Positions 10,020 to 20,736 are shown, counted from the first letter of the stretch. The stretch: 64,000 bases of DNA from Bacteroidia bacterium (GCA_044360435.1 JBIKKI010000001.1:27633-91632); one strand, 5' to 3'. Program-made: numbers and translations. The notes: a model not told the origin generated them from the sequence alone.

Positions 10020-10174
10020 ATAGGCTGTTGGCCCGATCCGGAACTGGCGCCCCGGAAACAAATAAAAAGCAAAAATACGCGGCGACCGGATGCCACAATG
10101 CAACGTGTTCTCAACATATACACCGGCAGGCAGGGGCCTTCCATTTTTGCTACCTTTGCGCGATTTATCCCAAC

Positions 10175-12991
10175 ATGCCTAAAGATTCTTCCATCAAAAG
10201 CGTTCTGATTATTGGTTCCGGACCCATCATCATCGGACAAGCCTGCGAGTTTGATTACTCCGGAAGTCAGGCGGCAAGGTCTCTGCGGGAAGAAGGCATT
10301 GAGGTGAGTTTGATCAACAGCAACCCGGCCACCATCATGACCGACAAGCTGAACGCAGACCATGTGTATTTGTGGCCATTAACGCCACAAAGCATTGAAA
10401 AAATCCTGCAGGAGCGACACATCGACGCTGTACTGCCTACCATGGGCGGACAAACGGCACTTAATCTGGCCAAAGAATGTGATGAGTTAGGCATCTGGCA
10501 ACAGTACAATTGTCGCATCATTGGTGTAAACATCGAAGCCATTGACCGCATGGAAGACCGGGAAAAGTTCCGCCAGCTGATGGGTGAACTCGGTGTAGGG
10601 GTTGCAAAAAGCCAAATTGCAAACAGCTTCTTGGAAGGAAAAGAAATTGCCCAGCGCATCGGCTTTCCGTTGGTCATCCGTCCCAGCTATACGTTAGGAG
10701 GAACCGGTGGTTCCATTGTTTACAAGAAAGAAGAATTTGACTCCGCTTTGCAGCGCGGACTGGAAGCAAGTCCGGTGCACGAGGTATTGGTAGAACAAGC
10801 TGTTTTGGGCTGGAAAGAATATGAACTGGAGCTGTTGCGCGATGGCAAAGACGACATCGCCGTAATCTGCACCATTGAAAACTTCGACCCGATGGGCATC
10901 CATACCGGCGACAGCATTACCGTGGCGCCGGCAATGACCCTAAGCGATGTAACCTTCCAGAACATGCGCGACATGGCCTTCAAAATGATGCGCAGCATGG
11001 GCGTTTTTGCAGGCGGTTGCAATGTTCAGTTCAGCGTGAATCCGGATACGGAAGAGATCATTGCTGTTGAAATCAATCCACGTGTAAGCAGAAGTTCCGC
11101 GCTGGCATCAAAAGCGACCGGTTATCCCATTGCGAAAATTGCGGCCAAGCTGGCTATTGGCTACTACCTGGATGAACTTAAAAATCCGGTAACCAAAACC
11201 ACCAGCGCGTTTTTCGAACCGGCCATTGACTATGTGATTGTTAAAATCCCCCGTTGGAATTTTGATAAGTTTCACGGAGCAGACCGCCGTCTGGGATTCC
11301 AGATGAAAAGCGTCGGTGAAGTGATGGCCATAGGCCGCAGTTTTCAGGAGGCGCTTCAAAAAGCCTGTCAAAGTCTGGAAATTGGCCGCCACGGTTTGGG
11401 TGCAGACGGCAAAAGCAGCCGCAACCTGGACGAACTCCTGCATGCGCTGGAATACGCCAGCTGGGACCGGCTCTTTAAGTTGAAGGATGCGATTTCCATG
11501 GGTGTTCCACTCACGTCCATCCACAAAATCACCAAGATTGACCGATGGTTCCTGGAGCAAATCAGCGACCTCGTAAAAACAGAAACTGAAATCAGACGCT
11601 ACCAAATTGGCAACATCCCTGCAGCACTGCTTCGACTGGCTAAGGAAAAAGGCTTCAGCGACCATCAGATTGCCTGGCTTATGGGCAATTGTACTGAAGA
11701 CGAGGTGTTTGAGAAAAGGCAATCACTGAATATTCGCCGGGTGTACAAAATGGTAGATACCTGCAGCGCGGAATTCCCAAGCCCTACCAATTACTTTTAC
11801 AGCACCTTCGACGGCGAAAATGAAAGTGTGTTCAGCGACCGAAAAAAGGTCATCGTGCTTGGCAGCGGCCCCAACAGAATCGGTCAGGGAATTGAATTCG
11901 ACTACAGTTGCGTGCACGGCATCCTGGCTGCACGCGAAGCAGGTTACGAGGCCATCATGGTAAACTGTAACCCGGAAACGGTAAGTACAGATTTTGACAT
12001 GGCCGATAAGCTGTACTTTGAGCCCGTTTACTGGGAACATCTGCGCGAACTGATCGCCAATGAGCGGCCTACAGGCGTAATTGTGCAGCTTGGCGGCCAA
12101 ACGGCTTTGAAACTGGCTGAAAAATTCCACGAGCATGGGATTCCAATCATCGGCACATCCTATGAGGACATGGACATAGCCGAAGACCGCGGACGTTTCA
12201 GTGATCTGTTGGCTGCCCTTGATATTCCTTACCCGAAATACGGCGTCGCGCAAGATGCCGACGAAGCGGTGCGCATTGCCAATGAGGTAGGATATCCTGT
12301 TTTGGTGCGCCCCAGCTATGTGCTCGGTGGTCAAGGTATGGTGATTGTTATTAACGATGAAGACCTGGAACGCGCCGTGGTTAAACTGCTGGGTGACCTG
12401 CCTGGAAACCGCGTGCTCATTGACCACTTCCTGGACCGTGCCGAAGAAGCAGAAAGCGATTGCATTTGCGATGGCGAAGACATCCACATCCTCGGCTTGA
12501 TGGAACACATAGAGCCTGCCGGTATCCACAGTGGCGACAGCAGCGCGGTTTTGCCTCCATACGGATTAAGCAAAGAAGTAATCCACCAAATGGAAACCTA
12601 TACCGAAAAACTGGCTAAAGCCCTGAAGGTCAAAGGTTTGCTCAATATTCAGTTTGCCATTAAGCATGAACAGGTTTATGTAATCGAAGCCAATCCGCGC
12701 GCCAGCCGCACCGTGCCGTTCATTTGCAAAGCGTATAATGTTCCGTACATCAACCTCGCCACCAAAGTAATGCTGGGGGTGATGAAGGTGAAAGATTTCG
12801 TGATTCCCGAACGCCCGCAGGGTTGGGCCATTAAAAAACCCGTATTCTCATTTAATAAATTCCCAGGCGTAAGTCGTGAACTCGGACCCGAAATGAAAAG
12901 CACCGGCGAAGAGATTGTATTCGTGCACGACCTGAGGGATCCGGGATTCCGGGACCTGTATAAAACCAAAAGCATGTACCTGAGCTATTGA
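10175..12991 (+). CDS. carB: Carbamoyl-phosphate synthase large subunit
   Basis: Two ATP-grasp halves (IIGSGPIIIGQACEFDYSGSQA... and VLGSGPNRIGQGIEFDYSC...). The ORF track starts at 10004; the likely true start is MPKDSSIK at 10175. Confidence 0.95.
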   Translation: MPKDSSIKSVLIIGSGPIIIGQACEFDYSGSQAARSLREEGIEVSLINSNPATIMTDKLNADHVYLWPLTPQSIEKILQERHIDAVLPTMGGQTALNLAKECDELGIWQQYNCRIIGVNIEAIDRMEDREKFRQLMGELGVGVAKSQIANSFLEGKEIAQRIGFPLVIRPSYTLGGTGGSIVYKKEEFDSALQRGLEASPVHEVLVEQAVLGWKEYELELLRDGKDDIAVICTIENFDPMGIHTGDSITVAPAMTLSDVTFQNMRDMAFKMMRSMGVFAGGCNVQFSVNPDTEEIIAVEINPRVSRSSALASKATGYPIAKIAAKLAIGYYLDELKNPVTKTTSAFFEPAIDYVIVKIPRWNFDKFHGADRRLGFQMKSVGEVMAIGRSFQEALQKACQSLEIGRHGLGADGKSSRNLDELLHALEYASWDRLFKLKDAISMGVPLTSIHKITKIDRWFLEQISDLVKTETEIRRYQIGNIPAALLRLAKEKGFSDHQIAWLMGNCTEDEVFEKRQSLNIRRVYKMVDTCSAEFPSPTNYFYSTFDGENESVFSDRKKVIVLGSGPNRIGQGIEFDYSCVHGILAAREAGYEAIMVNCNPETVSTDFDMADKLYFEPVYWEHLRELIANERPTGVIVQLGGQTALKLAEKFHEHGIPIIGTSYEDMDIAEDRGRFSDLLAALDIPYPKYGVAQDADEAVRIANEVGYPVLVRPSYVLGGQGMVIVINDEDLERAVVKLLGDLPGNRVLIDHFLDRAEEAESDCICDGEDIHILGLMEHIEPAGIHSGDSSAVLPPYGLSKEVIHQMETYTEKLAKALKVKGLLNIQFAIKHEQVYVIEANPRASRTVPFICKAYNVPYINLATKVMLGVMKVKDFVIPERPQGWAIKKPVFSFNKFPGVSRELGPEMKSTGEEIVFVHDLRDPGFRDLYKTKSMYLSY

Positions 12992-13027
12992 GTTCAACTA
13001 AAGAAAACGGCCCCTAAATTCGCAACC

Positions 13028-13417
13028 ATGAGGAATTTCATCATTTATGTATCTGTGGGTGTTTTAGCCCTTACAAGTGCTTGTACCCAAAAGGTGCGTC
13101 AAGAGCAAACCACTGAACAAAGTGGTGGTACTGTGAACAACAACGAAACCAATAATGCTGCAGCCAATGAGCAGCTAAACAGCATTGGTATTCCCATGCG
13201 CTTGCCTTATGCTTCAGATCTGGAGGCGTATTACCTGGTAAATTGTAAATTGAACAAAACCAGCAATGGTGGAGCTCCGGATCCCGATGTTTGGGCTGAG
13301 CGCGGTAAAATCGTTTCCCGCCTGGAAGCCTATGAACAAAAATATAAGGGTAAAGAACTCGAAGAGTATTTGAAATGGGGCAGCGTGGCAGCCAATGCCA
13401 TCAACAATTGCCCTTAA
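13028..13417 (+). CDS. Hypothetical small lipoprotein
   Basis: 129 aa with signal peptide and lipobox (ALTSAC). N-rich and low complexity, with no recognisable domain. Confidence 0.4.
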   Translation: MRNFIIYVSVGVLALTSACTQKVRQEQTTEQSGGTVNNNETNNAAANEQLNSIGIPMRLPYASDLEAYYLVNCKLNKTSNGGAPDPDVWAERGKIVSRLEAYEQKYKGKELEEYLKWGSVAANAINNCP

Positions 13418-14541
13418 ACACCGAGAATGCGCTGATACAGGGCAATGAGTTTGTCTTCTTGAGATTTCCAGGAGTAAAAAGCCTCTGTTGCCTGTACGCC
13501 GTTGCGTGCCATTTTTAGTCGTAAATCGGGGTTGTCGGCCAGAGTAAGAATAGCCTCGGCCAACTGTTTCGGATCATCCGGAGGTACGCAAAGACCGCAT
13601 TCATTTCGTTCCACCACGCTGCGGTACAGTTCAAAATCTGAAGTGATGACTGGCAATCCCACACTCATGTATTCGAACATCTTGGTGGGATAGCTCCATT
13701 CAGAGTTTTTCATCCGTTTAATGATGCACAGCCCTATGCCCATGGACATACTGAGCCGGTAACCATCCGGCAAATCAAGCCTGCCATGAAAAAAGAGTTG
13801 TTTCTTGATTTCTTCATAAAAAGGCAGGGATTCTATTTTCTGCGCCAGACCTGAATACAATGCCCCTACACAGTGAAAATGAAAAATCCGGCCCTGTTGT
13901 TTCAGCATCCACAATGCTTCTGCAATCTGCAAGAGGCCCCGGGTTTCCAGCAGAATGCCAATGTAGAACAGGTTCTGCTCCGGACGCGGTTCCACATTAC
14001 GGTATGGTTTAAAAAACGTTAAATCAGGGTAATTCAGCACCACAGTATAGCGAGCACCCATGGCAGCGTAATGAGGCGCATAGGACCGCTCTGCCAAAAC
14101 CAGTTCCATGCGTCGTGCCGCCCTTTGCTCGAAAAAACCGTAGATGCGCGCAAGCATTCCCTTGTTTCGAATCCAGGGCTTGTCGAAGATGTCTGCTGCG
14201 AAATGTTCGTGCACATCGAAAACCACCTTCTTGCCCAACAGGCGCAGCCACAATCCACAAGGAATCAGCTCCGGGTCGTGAAATTGATACAGGTCGGCAT
14301 TCACACGAAGTGCTTTGGGAAACATGCGCAGCGAGGCTGTAAGCATTTCCCAGTATCTGTTTTTCAACCTCCTGAATGGAATGATACGCACACCGTCAAC
14401 AAGCTCTTCGCGATCGTGTACTGCTATCAGGGTGACCTCGTAAAACCGCGCCAGGCTCCTGCATGATTTATAAAAAATCCTGGTATCTCTGGCTACATGC
14501 AGGCTGGTCAGGTGGCAGACGCGCGCGGTTTGCTGTTTCAC
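13414..14541 (-). CDS. Glycosyltransferase, family 4 (GT-B, RfaG-like)
   Basis: 375 aa with the GT4-like N- and C-terminal halves (E..G.....P.GG motif region, ...NGVQATEAFYSWKSQ...). Its stop overlaps the capA-like gene start by 4 nt. Confidence 0.6.
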   Translation of the reverse strand: MKQQTARVCHLTSLHVARDTRIFYKSCRSLARFYEVTLIAVHDREELVDGVRIIPFRRLKNRYWEMLTASLRMFPKALRVNADLYQFHDPELIPCGLWLRLLGKKVVFDVHEHFAADIFDKPWIRNKGMLARIYGFFEQRAARRMELVLAERSYAPHYAAMGARYTVVLNYPDLTFFKPYRNVEPRPEQNLFYIGILLETRGLLQIAEALWMLKQQGRIFHFHCVGALYSGLAQKIESLPFYEEIKKQLFFHGRLDLPDGYRLSMSMGIGLCIIKRMKNSEWSYPTKMFEYMSVGLPVITSDFELYRSVVERNECGLCVPPDDPKQLAEAILTLADNPDLRLKMARNGVQATEAFYSWKSQEDKLIALYQRILGV

Positions 14542-15857
14542 GGGGATTCAAAGATGCGGCATTGGGCTGGAAATGTATGTCGCTGGAACCGAAGTAAATC
14601 CAGGAATTCACGTTGGTTTTTCCTTGGCCAGGTGCGCCAGTTTCCACTGGAATATTGTATTTCCGCATTGAACAAGCGAAGCTCTTTTCCCTCAAATAAG
14701 CCCATGTACCAAAAATGCGGCTGAAATGCGCTGATGTTTATTCCGGTTGCGCTGCGCGAAAACCCAATGCTGTAGGTCATGGGCAAATGACACCACTTGA
14801 AAATGTCGTAAGCAATGAAATCGCCGGGAGAATACAGAATCAACCCGGTTTTGAGGTCTGCAGCATGTTGGTATTCGTAAAACTCCCAGGGCTGGGCATT
14901 GTGCGGGTGCGTTCCAATGATGAGGTCTGCACCCGTTTCTGCCATAATGCGTCGATAGTTCCGAATAACATGATCTTGCGGAAAGGCTTGATATGCATTG
15001 CCTCCGTGCAGTGAAATCACCAGTACCTCCGCACCGGCGGCGCGCAGGGCTTTTGCTTCCTGCACAATCGGGGTGAAATCGGCATTCGGAACATTTAATG
15101 AAATAAGGTTGGTGCTCCACGGAGCTTCTGCATTGGGTGGACAGGTATTTAAAGAGTACGTCCAGGCGGAAAACCCAAAAGAGATACCCTGCCTTTGTAT
15201 CATGTGTTTTTCGGGATTGAACGCAGCTTCCCTTCGGGCGCCAACAGCCACAACACCTTTGGCATCCAGGAAGTCCAGGGTTGATGTTAAGCCTTCCGGA
15301 CCCTGATCGTGCATGTGGTTGTTGGCCACGGAAAGTACATCATAGGATCCTTTTCCGCCGTTGGTGAACACCTGCCACAGTTGTTCGTTTCCGTTGAAAT
15401 ACATGTTGTTCAACATCAGCTCCGGAACCCAAGCAGCCGGTTTGTTCAGATCCATGGGCGTTTCCAGATTGGCAAAAACCACATCTGCTTCAAAAAACGA
15501 AACTGCATCTTCCCACAACCTGCTGGTATCGGCGTCCATCAACACTTTGTACGGCATCAAATCGCCACCAACACTCATGGTACACTCGGCTTTACCGTCC
15601 AGGCGTGCAGCTTGTTTTCTGAAATGCGCTTCCTGTTCCGGGGTTTCTCCAGCCCAGTGCGGAAATGCATAGTATTTATATCCGAAATAGAGCAGCGCTT
15701 TGCCATTGTAGGTTGCCGGATTCTCTTCAAAATTCCTGAGCGGGCGTTTCCAGGTGCGGTGCACGAACACATGCAGCAGGCAATACACAAAGCGAAGCAA
15801 ACCGTTCACTAAAGCACCGATGTTGCTCAGTGAAACAACCGGATTAAAAAAGGCCAC
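14538..15857 (-). CDS. CapA/PGA_cap family metallophosphoesterase-like protein (capsule/poly-gamma-glutamate biosynthesis family)
   Basis: Motifs FANLETP, ISLHGGNAY and IIGTHPHNAQPWE match the CapA family. Confidence 0.75.
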   Translation of the reverse strand: MAFFNPVVSLSNIGALVNGLLRFVYCLLHVFVHRTWKRPLRNFEENPATYNGKALLYFGYKYYAFPHWAGETPEQEAHFRKQAARLDGKAECTMSVGGDLMPYKVLMDADTSRLWEDAVSFFEADVVFANLETPMDLNKPAAWVPELMLNNMYFNGNEQLWQVFTNGGKGSYDVLSVANNHMHDQGPEGLTSTLDFLDAKGVVAVGARREAAFNPEKHMIQRQGISFGFSAWTYSLNTCPPNAEAPWSTNLISLNVPNADFTPIVQEAKALRAAGAEVLVISLHGGNAYQAFPQDHVIRNYRRIMAETGADLIIGTHPHNAQPWEFYEYQHAADLKTGLILYSPGDFIAYDIFKWCHLPMTYSIGFSRSATGINISAFQPHFWYMGLFEGKELRLFNAEIQYSSGNWRTWPRKNQREFLDLLRFQRHTFPAQCRIFESP

Positions 15858-15883
15858 GGCTCAAAAATACACGGCTGCAGCGA

Positions 15884-16708
15884 TTACAAGCGCGTCAATA
15901 CAGCATCCCACAGGGCTTTTCGGTGCTGTAGTGCCTGTACTGAAGCGGTTGCCGCTTCTTGCCAACGCGCATCGTCATCGCCACAAAGCGCCTGAACCAT
16001 ATTCCAGGAAAGCGGTCCGTGGTGGTCGCCATCGACCTCAATATGTCGTTCCAGGTAATAGTTGAACAGCTCCAGTTCTTCCGGATGTTTGCTTTTGATT
16101 TCACGAATCAGTTCCATGAACATATCCGGAATCAAATCCTCTCGTCCAAAGGTGAACACCGCAGCCAGCACATGCACCTGCGCCTTTGTGGCCACATCCA
16201 GCGTGTAGCGAACAAAAGCGCGCACCTCTGCCGGAGTTTGCGCCACTTCAAACGCCGATTCCAGGCTTGCTCCTGAACACAGGCTTTCCAAAAACCGTTC
16301 AATACCCGAAGTGTCGGCACCGGCCTGCTTCATGGCTTTCAGGTAAAGTTCGAAATGACTGATGTGCCCGCCGTCGGGATCCACATCTGATTCTTCGCCC
16401 AAAACAATCTCATTAATGAAGAACCGTGTATCCGCATTTCCCTGGGGAAACCATGGCACATGCACACAGGTAAGTTTTGACTGAAGCGCCTTCAACAAAC
16501 TCATAAAATCCCAAACTGCATAAACATGATGTTCCATCATCAGCCGAACGCCCTCTAGAGTTGCAATTCCGCGATACATCGGATGACCCGTAATCTCATT
16601 GCGCACACCCGCAGTGGCCGTCTTGATGAATTCCAGACGCATGGCCCCTGTTTCATTTTTCATGGCAAGAAAACAATCCATCTTGTTGTTAGGTTCATCC
16701 CAACTCAT
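15884..16708 (-). CDS. DUF3050-family protein (heme-oxygenase-like helical fold, function unknown)
   Basis: 274 aa. The HVYAVWDFMSLLKALQ motif and the length fit DUF3050 as I remember it. No catalytic motif is assignable. Confidence 0.5.
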   Translation of the reverse strand: MSWDEPNNKMDCFLAMKNETGAMRLEFIKTATAGVRNEITGHPMYRGIATLEGVRLMMEHHVYAVWDFMSLLKALQSKLTCVHVPWFPQGNADTRFFINEIVLGEESDVDPDGGHISHFELYLKAMKQAGADTSGIERFLESLCSGASLESAFEVAQTPAEVRAFVRYTLDVATKAQVHVLAAVFTFGREDLIPDMFMELIREIKSKHPEELELFNYYLERHIEVDGDHHGPLSWNMVQALCGDDDARWQEAATASVQALQHRKALWDAVLTRL

Positions 16709-16789
16709 TGATTTTCTTCAAGTTAAATGGGTTTTAAAAAATTGGGCTTGCCCACCTGGCACTTGGACCGTGGAATTATCTTTGTCGGT

Positions 16790-17992
16790 ATGGATATTTT
16801 AGCCCTTCTCGTTGGACTTGCGCTTGGTTTTTTACTTGCTTATGCGGTGCTTATGAACCGCAATCGCCAGCGCGATGTGGAGCAACAGGCCCTTCTTTCT
16901 GCTGCACAGGAGCGCATCAAAGGCCTCGAAGAAAAAGTTCAGGAACGAAATGAATTCTCCCAAAAACTGGAAAGCCAGTTGCGGGAAGCATTCGGACAAA
17001 TTGCGCTCGATAACCTGCAAAACCAAAGCAAAGCTTTGCGGGATGAACACACAGAAACACTGAAACACCTGCTGGATCCGGTGCGCACCAAGCTCACAGA
17101 GTTTGAAAAGCGGGTAAATGACACCCACGGAGAAAGTCAAAAAAGCGCCACAGAACTTAAAACACAAATTGAACTGCTTACCAGGCTGAATCAACAAGTG
17201 ACCGAAGAAACCCAAAACCTCACCAAAGCGCTGAAGGGTGATACCAAAAAACAGGGAAACTGGGGCGAAGTGATTCTGGAGCGGGTTCTGGAGCGTTCCG
17301 GCCTGACCAAGGGACAAGAATACGTAACACAGTTTCAAACAGAAAATCAATCTGGCGACACCATAAAGCCGGATGTGGTGATTCACCTTCCCGACCAGAA
17401 ACACCTGATTGTAGATGCCAAGGTGAGTCTTACGGCATACGAAGCGTTCATGGCAGCCGAAAACGAAGCCGACCGCGAAAAGCATCTGAAAGCCCATATC
17501 GTTTCCATGCGCAGCCATGCAAAACTGCTTTCGGAGAAGAATTACCCCAGCGGAAACGGCCTGAATGCTCCGGAGTTTGTGTTGATGTTTGTTCCTATTG
17601 AATCTTCATTTGCGCTGGCAGTTCAGGGCGATGTAGACCTGTTCACCTACGCCTGGGATTTGCGCATTGTGATTGTAAGTCCAAGCACCTTGCTGGCCAC
17701 GCTCCGCACAGTTGCCAGCATCTGGAAACAGGAAAATCAAAACAAAAACGCCTTGGAAATTGCCAAGAAAGCCGGCGATCTCTATGATAAGTTCACAGGA
17801 TTTGCCGATGATTTGATCAAGGTGGGAAGACAGATGGATACCGCCAAAGACACCTATTCCGATGCCATGAAAAAACTGGTTGACGGCACCGGAAACCTGG
17901 TAAAACGTGTAGAAGAACTGAAGAAAATGGGCGCCAAAGCCAGTAAAAACATCAACCCTGATTTGCTGGGCCGCGCGCTGGACAAGGAATAA
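16790..17992 (+). CDS. rmuC: DNA recombination protein RmuC
   Basis: N-terminal TM helix, a long coiled-coil and a C-terminal RmuC nuclease-like domain. The ORF-track start at 16727 is probably upstream of the true start MDILALLVG at 16790. Confidence 0.8.
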   Translation: MDILALLVGLALGFLLAYAVLMNRNRQRDVEQQALLSAAQERIKGLEEKVQERNEFSQKLESQLREAFGQIALDNLQNQSKALRDEHTETLKHLLDPVRTKLTEFEKRVNDTHGESQKSATELKTQIELLTRLNQQVTEETQNLTKALKGDTKKQGNWGEVILERVLERSGLTKGQEYVTQFQTENQSGDTIKPDVVIHLPDQKHLIVDAKVSLTAYEAFMAAENEADREKHLKAHIVSMRSHAKLLSEKNYPSGNGLNAPEFVLMFVPIESSFALAVQGDVDLFTYAWDLRIVIVSPSTLLATLRTVASIWKQENQNKNALEIAKKAGDLYDKFTGFADDLIKVGRQMDTAKDTYSDAMKKLVDGTGNLVKRVEELKKMGAKASKNINPDLLGRALDKE

Positions 17993-19477
17993 TCAGGATA
18001 CCGGAATCTGCAGACGCACTTTAAGCCGCTGCACGCGCTGGGCCATTTCCACAAGTTTTTCCGGATTCATGCGCTTCAGCGATGCAATGGGAATCGCCAT
18101 GCGCGGATTTTTTTGCAGTGCCTCCGCATGCTTCTGGATGAACATCCAATAAAGCGCATCCCACTCCTCACACCAGGCTGATTTTTGAAAATGCCCCATT
18201 TTCCTCAGGTATGCAGAACCTGACACATAGGGTTTGGTAACCATTCCCCCGAAATCGGCATATTGACTCATGCCATACACATTGGGAACCATCACCCAAT
18301 CGTATGCATCGATGAACAGTTCCATGAACCACTGATATACCGCGTCGGGATGAATACCCAGAAGCAGCATCAGGTTTCCGTGAATCATGAGCCGTTCAAT
18401 GTGGTGGCTGTATGCGGTATGCCGCAAACGGCTCAGGGATTCATCAAAGGGATAAATCCCGGTTGTGCCGCTGTACATCGCCTCCGGCATTGGCGCAAAC
18501 AGTTGCAGGGCGTTCGCTGTGCGCATCTTGTTTCCTGATTTGTGGTAAACGGCGCGTACAAATTCTCGCCAACCCAAAACCTGCCGCACAAAACCTTCTA
18601 AAGAAGGCAAGGGAATATTTTCTGCAGCGGCGGCATTCAGGGCACGGTCAAGAACCTGATCTGGCGTGAGCAATCCGATGTTCAGCAACGGACTGATTAC
18701 CGAATGGAACATGAACGATTGACCGGGAAGCATCGCATCCTGATACCTTCCAAAGTTCATAAACCGCTGTTGCAGAAACGCATCCAGCCAGATTTCTGCT
18801 GCCTCATGTGTGACCGGATATTCCCAATCATCCAGCAAACCGGGGTTGTTTGGAAACTCTTCCAAAGTGCTTTGAATGGCCGCTTTAACGATGGCGTCCT
18901 CGGATACTTCGGGCAATGGCGGAATGTATAAACCCTGAGGCGTTTTTTCTCGGTTTTCCACATCGTATGTCCAGGAGCCGCCAAGCGGTTTTCCCTGTGC
19001 ATCGGTCAATATTCCGAGTTTCTTGCGAAAGTGAATGTACCAGCTGGTTTGGTGTGTTTTGTGCTCGTCAAGCCACGCAAGGGCCTCCGCTTGGGGAATC
19101 ATGAAACCCGGGTTTGCGTATAGCACCAGACGGATACCATTGCGCGCGGATGCGCTTTCCAGACGCCGCTTCAACAGATAGTCATCCGGATCGGCAAGGT
19201 GCACCTCCCGAACACCCTGCCGGAACAAAAGCTGCATCAAACCCCTTGTTTCTGCCGCTGCGGACCATGCCGAAACGCGGTGAACTGTATATCCTTGCAA
19301 CTGCAACTGCCTTTCCTTTGCCGCCATGGTGGCACGGTGAAAAGCAATTTTCTTTTTGTGGAAGGAATACTGCCTGAAGAACAACACATCTTCCACCATC
19401 CAAACATCCCGGCCTCTGGATAAAGCAGGATGCACAGCATAAAGCTGGTGCGGATAGATGAGGGTTACCGCATTCAT
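17993..19477 (-). CDS. Cryptochrome/photolyase-related protein (COG3046 / DPRP family)
   Basis: 494 aa. The N-terminus ([13 protein letters not shown]...WMVEDV...) and the helical C-terminal region resemble the deoxyribodipyrimidine photolyase-related protein family. Confidence 0.6.
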   Translation of the reverse strand: MNAVTLIYPHQLYAVHPALSRGRDVWMVEDVLFFRQYSFHKKKIAFHRATMAAKERQLQLQGYTVHRVSAWSAAAETRGLMQLLFRQGVREVHLADPDDYLLKRRLESASARNGIRLVLYANPGFMIPQAEALAWLDEHKTHQTSWYIHFRKKLGILTDAQGKPLGGSWTYDVENREKTPQGLYIPPLPEVSEDAIVKAAIQSTLEEFPNNPGLLDDWEYPVTHEAAEIWLDAFLQQRFMNFGRYQDAMLPGQSFMFHSVISPLLNIGLLTPDQVLDRALNAAAAENIPLPSLEGFVRQVLGWREFVRAVYHKSGNKMRTANALQLFAPMPEAMYSGTTGIYPFDESLSRLRHTAYSHHIERLMIHGNLMLLLGIHPDAVYQWFMELFIDAYDWVMVPNVYGMSQYADFGGMVTKPYVSGSAYLRKMGHFQKSAWCEEWDALYWMFIQKHAEALQKNPRMAIPIASLKRMNPEKLVEMAQRVQRLKVRLQIPVS

Positions 19478-19665
19478 GCCGACTGGGTTTTTGATTGACG
19501 CGTGTTCTTTGATTCGTTCCGGCAGCGGTCACTGCAATAAAGAACCGTTGGCCAGTCGCGCTCCCATTTCTTCCTCCATGAGAAAGGTCTGTTACAGTTG
19601 ATGCAGACCTTTTCAGGCAAATCTGATTTCCGCCGCATGCGCATAGGAAAACAACAAGAAGGCGT

Positions 19666-20325
19666 TCAGCTTGTTTCGTTTTTTTTTCGTGCCAGACTTA
19701 GCCCGTCGCGAAATGGCAGCACAAACACATCCATCTGCGGATGACTTGCCAGGGTTTTGTTAAAGACATCGATGGCTTTCGTATCGCGGTCTTTTTCAAG
19801 CTGTTTTGGGTCGAGCACTTTACCACTCCACAAGGTGTTGTCGGCGATAAGCAACCCACCCGATCTGAGCATGGGAATCAGGCAATCCAGGTATTCCGGA
19901 TAACGGGATTTATCCGCATCTAAAAAAACCAAATCAAACTGCAGGTTTTGGTGCTGTTTCAGCCATTCCATCGCATCCTGAATTACCGGTTCAATGTGCG
20001 ACGCATAAGGAGAAGCCGTGATGTTCTCGCGAATGCTGCGCTCCAGTTCCGGATCTTCTTCCAGGGTAATGAGTTTCCCACCCGGGGCCAAACCCTCGGC
20101 CAGACACATGGCTGCGTAACCTGTAAAGGTTCCGATTTCCAGCGCCAGGACCGGTTTAATGAATCCGCTGAGCATGGACAGCATCCGACCCTGAAGATGC
20201 CCGCTCAGCATCCGGGGATTGATCTGTTTCAGGTGGGTATTTCGCACGCATCTGCGGAGCCATTCGGGCTCAGGACTGCTGTGAGATTCACAATAATCGG
20301 CGAGGGCCTGTTCATGGACATTCAT
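19666..20325 (-). CDS. Class I SAM-dependent O-methyltransferase (caffeoyl-CoA OMT-like, family 3)
   Basis: LEIGTFTGYAAMCLAEGL (SAM motif I), VFLDADKSRYPEYL and LLIADNTLW match the OMT family-3 signature. Confidence 0.85.
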   Translation of the reverse strand: MNVHEQALADYCESHSSPEPEWLRRCVRNTHLKQINPRMLSGHLQGRMLSMLSGFIKPVLALEIGTFTGYAAMCLAEGLAPGGKLITLEEDPELERSIRENITASPYASHIEPVIQDAMEWLKQHQNLQFDLVFLDADKSRYPEYLDCLIPMLRSGGLLIADNTLWSGKVLDPKQLEKDRDTKAIDVFNKTLASHPQMDVFVLPFRDGLSLARKKNETS

Positions 20326-20456
20326 TGGTGCTTCAAATGTATCTCCGAAAGAATGTTTTGCATTTTTAACTGTGCAGTAGGGTGGCTTGGACCAAAAACA
20401 AAGCTTTCTTTTTTAATCATGAATGGTTTATATATTCGCGGAAAATAGATTCTACT

Positions 20457-20678
20457 ATGTACTGGACACTTGAACTGGTTAGTTGGCTTGACGATGCGCC
20501 ATGGCCCGCGACCAAGGATGAGTTGATTGATTACGCCATCCGTTCCGGAGCACCCCTGGAAGTGATTGAAAACCTTCAGGAGCTGGAAGACGATGGTGAG
20601 CCCTACGAGAGCATTGAAGAAATTTGGAGTGATTATCCTACCAACGATGATTACTTCTTCAATGAAGACGAACTGTAG
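20457..20678 (+). CDS. DUF2795 domain protein
   Basis: MYWTLELVSWLDDAPWPATKDELIDYAIRSGAPLEVIENLQELEDDGE matches the DUF2795 pattern. The ORF-track start at 20382 is likely upstream of the real start at 20457. Confidence 0.7.
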   Translation: MYWTLELVSWLDDAPWPATKDELIDYAIRSGAPLEVIENLQELEDDGEPYESIEEIWSDYPTNDDYFFNEDEL

Positions 20679-20736
20679 CGGTTGTTTACCCTGTTGTAAC
20701 GGTGTTTTTGGTGTCTGATCACTCAATCAGCACGCA

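Noticed and set aside
11108-12573. Long antisense ORFs (204, 268 and 80 aa) inside carB
   Set aside because: They lie entirely opposite a highly conserved, motif-rich carB reading frame. They have no recognisable motifs and are typical spurious antisense ORFs.
19478-19690. Candidate small RNA with a plus-strand hairpin and T9 run (AACAAG-11nt-CTTGTT TCG TTTTTTTTT) between the OMT and photolyase-related genes
   Set aside because: The stems are short and AU-rich. The same sequence doubles as the 3' region of the minus-strand OMT gene. No promoter is evident, so I kept it only as a note under the RmuC/DPRP finding.
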